In this document: piece by piece, positions 8,824-16,669 of the stretch
How the letters are laid out: the number at the start of each line of letters is the position of its first letter
How positions within the stretch are numbered: position 1 is the first letter of the stretch
Assembly: GCA_016700375.1 (NCBI GenBank)
Contig: CP065016.1
Coordinates: 360,001 to 392,000 of the forward strand
Reading direction: 5' to 3'
DNA: 32,000 nt
Source: Candidatus Saccharimonadota bacterium
Lineage (GTDB): Bacteria > Patescibacteriota > Saccharimonadia > Saccharimonadales > UBA4665
Program-made: the position numbers and the translations under genes
Notes under the pieces: model-generated
Seen by the model: only the letters and a program-made list of their open reading frames with translations
Told to the model about the DNA's origin: nothing
The model's database searches: none

Positions 8824-9336
8824 ATGAATCTAGAAACTTTTTATGACGAATACGTTGACACGGTATACAAGTTTTTTTACATAAAGTGTTTGAATCGTCA
8901 TGTCGCTGAAGACCTAACGGCCGATGCCTTCACTGCGTTTTTAAAAAAAGTCCAAAACACTGAGGTAGAGGACCACAAAAAGTATCTTTACGGCATAATG
9001 CGTCACATCTGGACCAACTTCTTACGCGAAAAATACGAGGCCCAACTGACCGATATCGAGTCAATAGAGAACTTCGAGGAATACGCCACTAGCGAAATAA
9101 CCGATTTTGAAGCAAGCGAGGAGCCTGTTTCGCGGCTCATGCCCTATGTAAAACGACTACCAGAAAAACAACGTGCCGTCGTCATGCTACGCGCTTTTCA
9201 ACATCTTAGCGTTAAAGATGCCGCCGACGCACTCGGCAAGGACGCCAACTACATTAAGACCACATACGCCCGCGCCATACGAAGCCTGCGCGCCATAGTC
9301 GATAACCCATACTTGGAAAGAAAGGAGACAGTATGA
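8824..9336 (+). CDS. ECF-type RNA polymerase sigma-70 factor
   Basis: Region 2 reads VYKFFYIKCLNRHVAEDLTADAFTAFL. Region 4 has an HTH: LPEKQRAVVMLRAFQHLSVKDAADALGKDANYIKTTYARAIRSLR. The ATG at 8824 is preceded by AGAGGG; the track start at 8788 is a GTG. Confidence 0.85.
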   Translation: MNLETFYDEYVDTVYKFFYIKCLNRHVAEDLTADAFTAFLKKVQNTEVEDHKKYLYGIMRHIWTNFLREKYEAQLTDIESIENFEEYATSEITDFEASEEPVSRLMPYVKRLPEKQRAVVMLRAFQHLSVKDAADALGKDANYIKTTYARAIRSLRAIVDNPYLERKETV

Positions 9337-10238
9337 GCAAATTACCAAAAGACCTTCGTCGGCGGGTGGGGAACCAACAGCTCGCCATAGATAAAACATT
9401 TAAGCAAAATTTGAAGGAACAGTTATTCACTCAATCACAAGGAGGCTCCATGGCACAGAAGAAAACCAAAGTATCTGCGCGGTCACTTTTCCGCAGCGTA
9501 TTCAAACAACTTTCAACCGCAACAGGCCTTGCCGCCTTGGCAGTACTGATTGTAGTTGGCGGTATGTCGGCATTTGTCGCGGCAAATAAAACTAGGCTGA
9601 ACAGCGAGCAGAAGACCGCACTACCAACAAACCTAGCAGATGTCCTTCCCATAGAAGACATCCGTGCAGCTGCGCTCAAAGACGTTCCAGACGGCACGAT
9701 AACCGGCGTTGAGCTCGAACAAGAAGAAGGCGCGTTATTGTACAAGGTGCGATTTAGCGATGGAAGTTTCCGCTACTACGACGCAAAAACCGGCGTTGCC
9801 GTTATGCGCTCACAGGACGAAACCGAACAAGACGAGAGCGTTCCAGCTGGCTTTATAGCGGGTATTACCGTGCAGCAAGCCCGAGACATTGCCCTTGCAC
9901 AGCGCAGCGGTAGTATTACGAAGATTGAACTAGAAACAGAAAACGGCGTTGTTGTATACAGTGTGCGGTTTAGCGACGGTGGTCGTGTCGATGTAAATGC
10001 TACGAGTGGTGCAGTCCTCCGCGTGAGGAGTGGCAGTCAAGCTGGCACCAGCGCCGAGGATAGCTCCGATGATGCAAATGATGATTCGTCAGGCACATCT
10101 GGCTCTGGGTCTAGTTCCGATGACACCAACTCAGATGACGACGAAGACAGTGATAACTCTGGCAGCGGTTCAGACTCAAACTCGAGGTCAGGTTCAGATG
10201 ACAGCGGTTCTTCAGGAGGGGGAAGCTCGGACGATTAA
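9333..10238 (+). CDS. Single-pass membrane protein with two PepSY domains and a Ser/Asp-rich tail (putative anti-sigma partner)
   Basis: The start overlaps the sigma gene stop by 4 nt (ATGA). TM segment: TGLAALAVLIVVGGMSAFVAA. Two PepSY-like repeats: DGTITGVELEQEEGALLYKVRFSDGSFRYYDAKTG and SGSITKIELETENGVVVYSVRFSDGGRVDVNATSG. The roughly 70-aa C-terminal tail is S/D/G-rich and low in complexity. Confidence 0.8.
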   Translation: MSKLPKDLRRRVGNQQLAIDKTFKQNLKEQLFTQSQGGSMAQKKTKVSARSLFRSVFKQLSTATGLAALAVLIVVGGMSAFVAANKTRLNSEQKTALPTNLADVLPIEDIRAAALKDVPDGTITGVELEQEEGALLYKVRFSDGSFRYYDAKTGVAVMRSQDETEQDESVPAGFIAGITVQQARDIALAQRSGSITKIELETENGVVVYSVRFSDGGRVDVNATSGAVLRVRSGSQAGTSAEDSSDDANDDSSGTSGSGSSSDDTNSDDDEDSDNSGSGSDSNSRSGSDDSGSSGGGSSDD

Positions 10239-10260
10239 TCAGCCGACTTCCGCCGCAAAA

Positions 10261-10284
10261 TGAGCCCCGGGGGGGCTCATTTTG
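10261..10284 (+). terminator. Rho-independent terminator (symmetric A4/T4 flanks, possibly bidirectional)
   Basis: TGAGCCCC (10261-10268) pairs with GGGGCTCA (10272-10279) around a 3-nt loop. It is followed by TTTT and preceded by AAAA. Confidence 0.7.
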
Positions 10285-10297
10285 CTATACTATGTAT

Positions 10298-11002
10298 ATG
10301 AAGAAACACGCGGCATTAATCGTTATTGCATGCGTTCTGGTTAGTGGCGCCCTCTATGCCTCAGTGTTTCGGACTACCCAGCCCACTCGCAAAGCGTCCA
10401 CCACGCCATCAAACATGGTCGGCACGCCCGCTCCCAGCGAGGCGGCTGGCTCGACAACTGAACTTCTGATTGGCAAGGCCACCGCGCCCATTACCATCAT
10501 TGAATACGGGGACTACAAATGTCCGAAATGCAACGAACTACACCAAAAGGCTGGCAAAGACATCCGCCGCGACTGGGTCGACACCGGCAAGGCGAAGATA
10601 ATTTACCGGCCATACCCCCTGTTTGGTGAAGATTCCGGCCTTGCGCTCTACGCCTCGTACTGCGCCGCAGAGCAGGGCAAGTTTAGTGCCTACCACGATA
10701 AAATGTTCAACTACATGTGGATAAACTTCCTAAGTCGTGGTGACACCGATGCCACCGTGCGCACACTGTTCAGCCCTGAAAAACTGGGCCAATTGGCTGG
10801 CGAGGCCGGCTTGGACGCGGAGCAATTTACCACCTGCGCAGGTGGACGCACCCATGCTACCGCCTACAACACCGCCGTCGACAAAGCCGCGGGCGACTCG
10901 GTGCAGGGCACGCCCACGCTCATCATAGGCGGGCAAAAAGTGGTGGGTCCGCAGCCGTACAATGTCTACAAAGCACTGCTTGAGATTCAACAACGGTCAT
11001 GA
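10298..11002 (+). CDS. DsbA-family thiol:disulfide oxidoreductase, membrane-anchored or secreted
   Basis: N-terminal hydrophobic segment ALIVIACVLVSGALYA. Thioredoxin-fold active site YGDYKCPKCNELH (CPKC). DsbA-like C-terminal GTPTLIIGGQKVVGPQPY. The start could be 10292 or 10298; 10298 fits a TATACT + 6 nt geometry. Confidence 0.85.
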   Translation: MKKHAALIVIACVLVSGALYASVFRTTQPTRKASTTPSNMVGTPAPSEAAGSTTELLIGKATAPITIIEYGDYKCPKCNELHQKAGKDIRRDWVDTGKAKIIYRPYPLFGEDSGLALYASYCAAEQGKFSAYHDKMFNYMWINFLSRGDTDATVRTLFSPEKLGQLAGEAGLDAEQFTTCAGGRTHATAYNTAVDKAAGDSVQGTPTLIIGGQKVVGPQPYNVYKALLEIQQRS

Positions 11003-11553
11003 AACTCCCACTTTGGCTAAAGTTGAAGCTTGCAGCGAGGAATACCTTTAAAATAATCGGCACAAAGCCACTGTACGGGCTACTCGCGCTGCTGTGTGCA
11101 TTTCTCATGCTCACCATCATCATCTGGTCACTAAACTACCAGCTCGTTGGGTATATACTCACCAACCCAGATATGTCACCAGCGCAAAAACTGCGCTTTT
11201 TTAGCTATGGCTACGAGACACTTTTCACTTCATTTGATAGTTTTCTCTCTGTCAGTGTCATCTCGTTAGCTTTTTTGTTCGGCATAAACATAGCCGTCCT
11301 AGTGTACGCACTCAGGCGCAAAACTGCTTCGGCGCGAGCTACCGGCACCAGCGGCATTGCCGCCACGCTCGGCATACTTAGCAGCGGGTGTGCGGCTTGC
11401 GGAACTTCACTGCTTGGTCCGCTCCTTGCCACGTTTGGCGCCACCTCACTGAGTGCCGTCCACAACATCGGCGCAGCCTTTAGCCTCATAGGCAGCGCCC
11501 TTCTTCTGTACTCCATATACAAAATCACCCTGCAAACCCCAACAAAAACCTAA
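10999..11553 (+). CDS. 4-TM membrane protein with intramembrane GCAACG (CxxC) motif, function unknown
   Basis: The start overlaps the dsbA-like stop (ATGA). Four hydrophobic segments. The only Cys pair is in LGILSSGCAACGTSLLGPLL. I recognise no DsbB or VKOR signature. Confidence 0.7.
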   Translation: MKLPLWLKLKLAARNTFKIIGTKPLYGLLALLCAFLMLTIIIWSLNYQLVGYILTNPDMSPAQKLRFFSYGYETLFTSFDSFLSVSVISLAFLFGINIAVLVYALRRKTASARATGTSGIAATLGILSSGCAACGTSLLGPLLATFGATSLSAVHNIGAAFSLIGSALLLYSIYKITLQTPTKT

Positions 11554-11574
11554 TTTGCGTGTCACGAACTTGCA

Positions 11575-11742
11575 CTATTTCTGGCGAGAAACGGTGCGAC
11601 GTTGCAGCTTATTCGCAGCAAATAGAGTACTTTCTAACACAGTCTTTTTTTCAGATGGAGTCGCGCGCGAAGAGAAGTCGGAATACGTCTTGTACTTGTC
11701 GACAATTTTTTTTGCTCGGTAATTTACGATGGCTTCACGCAT
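11575..11742 (-). CDS. Possible 55-aa small basic protein overlapping the zeta-like gene stop (not in ORF track)
   Basis: Manual translation of the minus strand gives MREAIVNYRAKKIVDKYKTYSDFSSRATPSEKKTVLESTLFAANKLQRRTVSRQK*. Its ATG lies inside CATGCGTGA, the last codons of the upstream gene. There is no homology evidence. Confidence 0.3.
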   Translation of the reverse strand: MREAIVNYRAKKIVDKYKTYSDFSSRATPSEKKTVLESTLFAANKLQRRTVSRQK

Positions 11743-12460
11743 GGAGGAGTTCCTTTAATTCATCTTCAGTATACCGTTTACCAAGCAGCTTTTCAATGTT
11801 ATACACATCAACCGCTATTGATTCGACCGTTTTCATGTAGTTATTTTTTGCAAAATATACTGTGACATTCTTGCCGAAAAGCTCGATTGCTTTTTGAACA
11901 TTTTCGATTGACTGACGATATGACCGCACAAACACATCAACCGGTACAGCTCTACCGTGTTCAGCCTGTCTTTTCTGCACAAAATCCCAGGCAACTAATG
12001 GGTCTTGGTGCAAGTAATAGATCTCGACCGTACGTCCATGGTCGAGTGACCGTTCAACATTTTCCCTCCAATTACCATATGCGAACGTGCCGTCAAGGAC
12101 GACATTTTGGCCACCTTTGCGATTTGCATGGTCAAAAAGTACATTAACTCCTTTGTTCGCGGCCTCTTGAAATAGCTCAGCATTTAATCCATCATAGCCA
12201 AGCGGCCGCATACGTTCACGAATTTCATCAGCGTCTATCCTGACAAAACTACCACCAAATGTCTCAATAAGGGTTATGGAAAATTCGGTCTTTCCGGCAC
12301 CTGGAGTGCCCGCCATAAAGATAGTAATGGGATTGTCTGAAGGCGGATAAATTTCTGGATTACAAAATTCAGCGATTAACTTTTTGCGATTTTCACGAAC
12401 CCACTGTTTCGCTCTAAGCGAAAGCTGGGTATTACTGCTATGATTGCTATTACTATCCAT
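11735..12460 (-). CDS. Zeta-toxin-family P-loop kinase
   Basis: Walker A FMAGTPGAGKTEFS, followed by FVRIDADEIR and VVLDGTFA, as in the zeta/PezT kinase domain. TATACT lies 6 nt upstream of the ATG. Confidence 0.8.
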   Translation of the reverse strand: MDSNSNHSSNTQLSLRAKQWVRENRKKLIAEFCNPEIYPPSDNPITIFMAGTPGAGKTEFSITLIETFGGSFVRIDADEIRERMRPLGYDGLNAELFQEAANKGVNVLFDHANRKGGQNVVLDGTFAYGNWRENVERSLDHGRTVEIYYLHQDPLVAWDFVQKRQAEHGRAVPVDVFVRSYRQSIENVQKAIELFGKNVTVYFAKNNYMKTVESIAVDVYNIEKLLGKRYTEDELKELLHA

Positions 12461-12472
12461 AGAAGCAGTATA

Positions 12473-13312
12473 TCAATTCTGCTCAGAGAGCACCCGCAAC
12501 AGGTCGGATTCGCTGCGGATGGCGGCGGCTTCTTCCATGGTGAGGGTGAGGGCGTGGCGGGCCGCAATGGCTTCGTAGCGCTGCACGCGGTGAGCGAGCA
12601 GGCGTGGGTAGAGGTACGCGCCGACTTTCCGTGGGTCGATTTCTGTTACATCGCGTGCCTGCAATTTTTCAAGCAAGCCGGGTAGCTCGGCCGCCACAAA
12701 ATCTGGCCGATAGTAAATAGGCTTCGGGTCGGCAATGTTGCGTTCTATAAGCACTTTTTCGTGCGCTTTCGTAGCGCGAATGTAAATAAGAGTAACCGTT
12801 TCGTCTAGCATGCGTAACACCGCATCGTCTTTGGCAGCCGGCTCAACAACTTCACATAAGCTACCAGAAAGGTCAGCCAGAAAATTCGGATAGCCGTAAA
12901 GGTCTTCGGCGCGGGCAATAAACTTAGGCATATCGAGCATGGCAGCCACTTCAGCAGTAGCGTGCGTAGCCATGCGCTGCGTGAAATCCGGCAGCGTGGA
13001 GCCGTGTTTCTTTGGATTGCCCAGCATGCCCATATACAGCGAAGTTGCGAGCAGGTTGTCAAAATGGACGCGGTGTTCAACCGTAATGGCATCGCGCTGC
13101 AGCATGTCGCGCAGCAGCGGGTGAGACATGGCGAGTTTTTTGAGGTAGTCATTCAGCTCGTCTCCCAAGTAATGCGTCCATATGCGGTAGTCCACACTGT
13201 AGTGAAACCACCGCGACGAGGGTAGGCAGCGCGCCAGCGTCGTCTTGCCAACACCACTCAAACCCATAACGGCGATGCGGATGGGTTGGCGGGGGTTTAT
13301 GGGGTGGTCCAT
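12473..13312 (-). CDS. P-loop NTPase / kinase-like protein of unknown function
   Basis: 279-aa ORF with N-terminal Walker A VMGLSGVGKTTLARCL. It has a shikimate/gluconate-kinase-like size and layout. I recognise no further motif. Confidence 0.75.
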   Translation of the reverse strand: MDHPINPRQPIRIAVMGLSGVGKTTLARCLPSSRWFHYSVDYRIWTHYLGDELNDYLKKLAMSHPLLRDMLQRDAITVEHRVHFDNLLATSLYMGMLGNPKKHGSTLPDFTQRMATHATAEVAAMLDMPKFIARAEDLYGYPNFLADLSGSLCEVVEPAAKDDAVLRMLDETVTLIYIRATKAHEKVLIERNIADPKPIYYRPDFVAAELPGLLEKLQARDVTEIDPRKVGAYLYPRLLAHRVQRYEAIAARHALTLTMEEAAAIRSESDLLRVLSEQN

Positions 13313-13318
13313 AGTTAT

Positions 13319-13353
13319 GAGAGATAAGAGATATGAGTTAAGAGTTAAGAATT
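13319..13353. repeat. Heptamer-periodic tract, 5 units (AAGAGNT-like), dispersed family member
   Basis: gagagat aagagat atgagtt aagagtt aagaatt. Overlaps the thrC stop; the last thrC codons (..ILNS*) are encoded by it on the opposite strand. It shares TGAGAGATAAGA and GAGATATGAGTYAAGAG with 22394-22428. Confidence 0.85.
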
Positions 13354-14624
13354 TCTTTCTTCAGTTCGTCCAGGGAATTGGCAATCTCCGTACAACGCTC
13401 TGGGACCTGTCGGAGTTTGGCAAGTTCAGCAGAATTATCGACTGCTATGCCAGTGGCGTGGGTGATTTCCTCGGCAAATTTTTCGGGTGCAGCAGTAGAA
13501 ACAATGACATCATGCGTAGTCTTACCCGGGTTTTGCTCACTTGCATACCATGCCACCGCCGTGTGCGGGTCGAGCAGGTAGCCTGTTTCCTCGTACACTT
13601 TCTGTATGGTAGCAACTGTTTGCTCATCTGAAACCTGAGCCGTTTGAATGTCTGCACGAAAAGCGCCCACATCACCACCAAATATTCGTTGCAAGCGAGG
13701 CAGGTTGTTTGGCGCACCTATGTCCATAGCGTTTGACATGGTGGCAACGGCCGCAAATGGGGTAAAGCTGCCGGTGCGAGCGTATTGGTCTATGGCGTTA
13801 TTTGCGTTATTTGCAGCAAAGAACGAGGCAATTGGCACGCCCATTTGCTGCGCGAGCACGCCGCCCGTTATGTTGCCGAGGTTGCCGCTCGGTACCACAA
13901 ACCGCAAATCTGTTCTCCCACCAAGCTGTGTGAAGGCCCGTGCATAGTAGAGAGTTTGCGGCAGCAAGCGCCCAACGGTAATGGAATTTGCCGAGGTTAA
14001 GCCAACCTGACTGACCAGCGCCGTATCGGCCAAAGCTTGCTTCACCAGCGCTTGGCACGCATCGAAATCGCCGTCAACTTCAAGCGTGTGAACATTGCCA
14101 GCGACACGCCGCAGCTGCTCCTGCTGCAACTGACTGACGCGACCTTTCGGGTAGAGCACAACAACATTTGTGCCAGCTACATCGCCAAAACCATGGGCAA
14201 TCGCGCCACCCGTATCACCGCTAGTGGCGACGAGTACGGTTGAGGTCTTGCCAGTCTTAGCATTGAAATAGCCCATGAGCGCGGCCAAGTACCGCGCCGC
14301 AACATCTTTGAACGCCATGGTTGGGCCATGAAAAATCTCGAGCACGTGTTTGTCTGCCACCGGCACAGTTGGCGTTTCAAATGTGGCTGCACGCTCCACT
14401 ATGGCTGCAATGTCTTCTGGCGGTATTTCATCACCCAGCCACGCCGAGAGCACAAGCCGGTCAATTGCCTTCGTATCAAGCCCCGGCAGCGACGCTATTT
14501 GTTCTGCGGTCAGTTTCGGAATTTCCACCGGGAAGTACAAACTGCCATCGGCCGGAATGCCGCGCGACAGCGCTTCTTGAAAGGAAACAACATCTTCCGG
14601 GTTTCCCAAACTCACAAACTTCAT
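13338..14624 (-). CDS. thrC: Threonine synthase
   Basis: 428 aa. The PLP-lysine motif FHGPTMAFKDVAARYLAALM and overall similarity to the long (E. coli-type) ThrC, including SGNLGNITGG. Confidence 0.95.
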   Translation of the reverse strand: MKFVSLGNPEDVVSFQEALSRGIPADGSLYFPVEIPKLTAEQIASLPGLDTKAIDRLVLSAWLGDEIPPEDIAAIVERAATFETPTVPVADKHVLEIFHGPTMAFKDVAARYLAALMGYFNAKTGKTSTVLVATSGDTGGAIAHGFGDVAGTNVVVLYPKGRVSQLQQEQLRRVAGNVHTLEVDGDFDACQALVKQALADTALVSQVGLTSANSITVGRLLPQTLYYARAFTQLGGRTDLRFVVPSGNLGNITGGVLAQQMGVPIASFFAANNANNAIDQYARTGSFTPFAAVATMSNAMDIGAPNNLPRLQRIFGGDVGAFRADIQTAQVSDEQTVATIQKVYEETGYLLDPHTAVAWYASEQNPGKTTHDVIVSTAAPEKFAEEITHATGIAVDNSAELAKLRQVPERCTEIANSLDELKKEILNS

Positions 14625-14687
14625 AACCCTAATACTACTCTATCCTCCCGTGGCTGCAAATGGTGTTATTTATGGCATACTAAAAGC

Positions 14688-15032
14688 ATGAAGATTGTAA
14701 AAAGAGCGAAAGCCACAATTGCAAAAGAAGAAGCACATGGGGGGAGTGGGCAGCGAAAGGTGTATGCCTCGCCCGAACACCTGCAAAGTACGGCGTTTGA
14801 AATGATGACGCATGGGTTTATGCCCGCTGGCGGGATGTATGACTGGCACGACCACCCGGGCGTTGAAGAAATAATGGTGGCCGTGAAAGGCACTGGGTTT
14901 GTTCACGACGAGGACGGCGAATACCCTTACGAACCAGGCGATGTTTTTGTATTTCCAGCGGGTGTCCGCCACAAAATATCCAACCCCACCACCCACGAAA
15001 ACGAGTTTATATTCGTCAGGGTCAAGACATGA
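14688..15032 (+). CDS. Cupin-domain protein
   Basis: Cupin motifs WHDHPGVEEIMVAVKGTG and GDVFVFPAGVRHKISN. The ORF-track start at 14328 would overlap thrC on the opposite strand; ATG 14688 (MKIVKRAK) is the plausible start. Confidence 0.8.
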   Translation: MKIVKRAKATIAKEEAHGGSGQRKVYASPEHLQSTAFEMMTHGFMPAGGMYDWHDHPGVEEIMVAVKGTGFVHDEDGEYPYEPGDVFVFPAGVRHKISNPTTHENEFIFVRVKT

Positions 15033-15676
15033 AACTACTGCTTACATCCGGCGGACTACGAAACAATGCTATCAGGCAAGCGCTGTTAGACTTGGCCAAT
15101 GCCCCTGCCTCCAAGCTGAAAATTGCATTCATCCCCACTGCCATGAATGTTGAGTCGGGCGACAAGAGCTGGGTTGTCGACGAGATGAATAGGCTTCGCG
15201 ATATGGGGATTGCTCAGCTCGACATCGTCGACATCACGGCATCGCCAAAGCGCGTATGGCTACCTCGGCTTGAGGAAAGCAATGTGATATTTGTAAACGG
15301 TGGCAACACAACGTACCTCATGGAGCGTGTAACCGATTCCGGTCTTGCGGCAGAAATGCCGCGTCTCTTGCAGGAAAGGCTATATGTAGGCGTAAGCGCT
15401 GGAAGCTATATAGCCACGCCAGACACCAGACTTAACTCTGATGAGACCAATTCAGTCTTGCGGGGTTTAGGACTTGTGCACTTTGGTATCCAGGCGCATT
15501 ATCTAAACCCCGAGTTTGCAATCGCAGAAACCGAAGCTCTTGTTCGAGAAAGAGCCAAGGGTTGTCCTTATCCCGTATATGCGCTTGACGACGAAACGGC
15601 TATAAAAGTTGACGGTGCGGTAATTGAAGTTGTTGGAACAGGTCAGCATTTCGTACTTCAAGCCTCGGAGCTATAG
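15029..15676 (+). CDS. Peptidase E / S51-family dipeptidase
   Basis: MKLLLTSGG, KIAFIPTA, IFVNGGNTTYLM and the nucleophile elbow YVGVSAGSYIA match the S51 pattern. The start overlaps the cupin stop (ATGA). Confidence 0.85.
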   Translation: MKLLLTSGGLRNNAIRQALLDLANAPASKLKIAFIPTAMNVESGDKSWVVDEMNRLRDMGIAQLDIVDITASPKRVWLPRLEESNVIFVNGGNTTYLMERVTDSGLAAEMPRLLQERLYVGVSAGSYIATPDTRLNSDETNSVLRGLGLVHFGIQAHYLNPEFAIAETEALVRERAKGCPYPVYALDDETAIKVDGAVIEVVGTGQHFVLQASEL

Positions 15677-15697
15677 CTTTACATAACTTTATAAAGT

Positions 15698-15726
15698 TTG
15701 ACAAAGTTTATAAAGTTTTATAAACT
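15698..15726 (+). promoter_or_regulatory. Promoter TTGACA-17 nt-TAAACT embedded in TTTATAAA operator-like repeats
   Basis: TTGACA at 15698-15703, 17-nt spacer, TAAACT at 15721-15726, and the ATG 7 nt downstream. A 14-bp perfect palindrome AACTTTATAAAGTT sits at 15685-15698. TTTATAAAGTTT is repeated at 15688 and 15707, and TTTATAAA occurs again at 15717. Confidence 0.5.
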
Positions 15727-15733
15727 ATAGCGT

Positions 15734-16669
15734 ATGAAAACGACACAAATACTGAAAGCCCTCCTTCAGCAGAGTGGATTGACCCAAGTTGAGCTTGCGG
15801 AAAGACTCGGCGTCTCGCACCCGACGTTCAGCGCATGGCTACACGGTAAAAGCACTCCCAGAAAGGATGCGGCCGAGCGCGTACAGGCAGCGGCTTTTGA
15901 GTTGCTTGGGATTGGGACGGTCAGCGCATCGCTTGTAGATGAGACGGTGCGGGCAGCAAGCCATGCCAAACTACATCTGGAAGACATACTACAGGAACAA
16001 CGTACCCTTGATACACTGTGCGTTCTCATGACGTACAACACAAACTCCATAGAGGGCAGCACGATGACCCTCGCCGATAACAAGAAGGTACTTTTAAGCC
16101 AAAAAACCCTCAGGAATCGTAGCGCCCGCGAGCAGCTAGAAGCACGAAACCATCAGGCAGCCCTACTTTGGCTGCTGCAGCAAGTTGCAGACGGCGGTAT
16201 GACTGCGTGCTATGGAGAACACGTTGCTCGTGAGCTACACGTTCGGCTCATGAACGGGTTACTCAGCGATGCAGGGCAGTACCGTGGGCATGGTGTACGC
16301 ATCATGGGTTCTCACACGCCTGTGGCAAATTACCAAAAGGTTCCCGAAAAAATGGCAGCTCTTTTCCGGCACGAACCGCCAACCGATTTTGAAAGTTTGG
16401 CTAAGTTTCATGCACAGTTTGAAAAAATCCACCCGTTTAGCGACGGCAATGGTCGAGTTGGACGGCTGCTTTTAGCAGGACTATTGCTCTCTGCGGGCAT
16501 AACACCCGTCATTATCCGCCGTGAGTCACGCAGCGCCTACTACCGCTACCTTGAAATTGCCCAGTTAGAAGAAAACTACCAGCCACTGACCTATCTACTC
16601 GCCAGAGAAACCTTGGAAGCATACAAATCCCTTGCAAAAACAAAGGTACCGGAAAGCCCGGCAATATAA
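15734..16669 (+). CDS. HTH(XRE)-Fic fusion protein (AMPylase-type Fic core)
   Basis: N-terminal HTH LTQVELAERLGVSHPTFSAWLHGKSTP. Canonical Fic motif HPFSDGNGRVGRLL. Upstream (S/T)xxxE(G/N) inhibitory-helix-type motif TNSIEG. Confidence 0.9.
   Translation: MKTTQILKALLQQSGLTQVELAERLGVSHPTFSAWLHGKSTPRKDAAERVQAAAFELLGIGTVSASLVDETVRAASHAKLHLEDILQEQRTLDTLCVLMTYNTNSIEGSTMTLADNKKVLLSQKTLRNRSAREQLEARNHQAALLWLLQQVADGGMTACYGEHVARELHVRLMNGLLSDAGQYRGHGVRIMGSHTPVANYQKVPEKMAALFRHEPPTDFESLAKFHAQFEKIHPFSDGNGRVGRLLLAGLLLSAGITPVIIRRESRSAYYRYLEIAQLEENYQPLTYLLARETLEAYKSLAKTKVPESPAI

Noticed and set aside
11559-11840. 93-aa plus-strand ORF in the gap after the CxxC membrane gene
   Set aside because: It overlaps the 3' end of the zeta-like gene on the opposite strand. 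It has a Cys/Ser/Phe-rich composition and no recognisable start context.
12805-13225. Alternative-frame ORFs inside the P-loop protein gene (12805-13152-, 12939-13124+, 12962-13225+)
   Set aside because: They are embedded in the longer ORF that carries a bona fide Walker A motif. Their composition is Cys/Arg-rich, as in shadow ORFs.
14328-14687. Long N-terminal extension of the cupin ORF (track start 14328)
   Set aside because: It lies antisense to the 5' third of thrC, and its translation is Cys/Arg/His-rich and not protein-like. The cupin homology begins only after ATG 14688.
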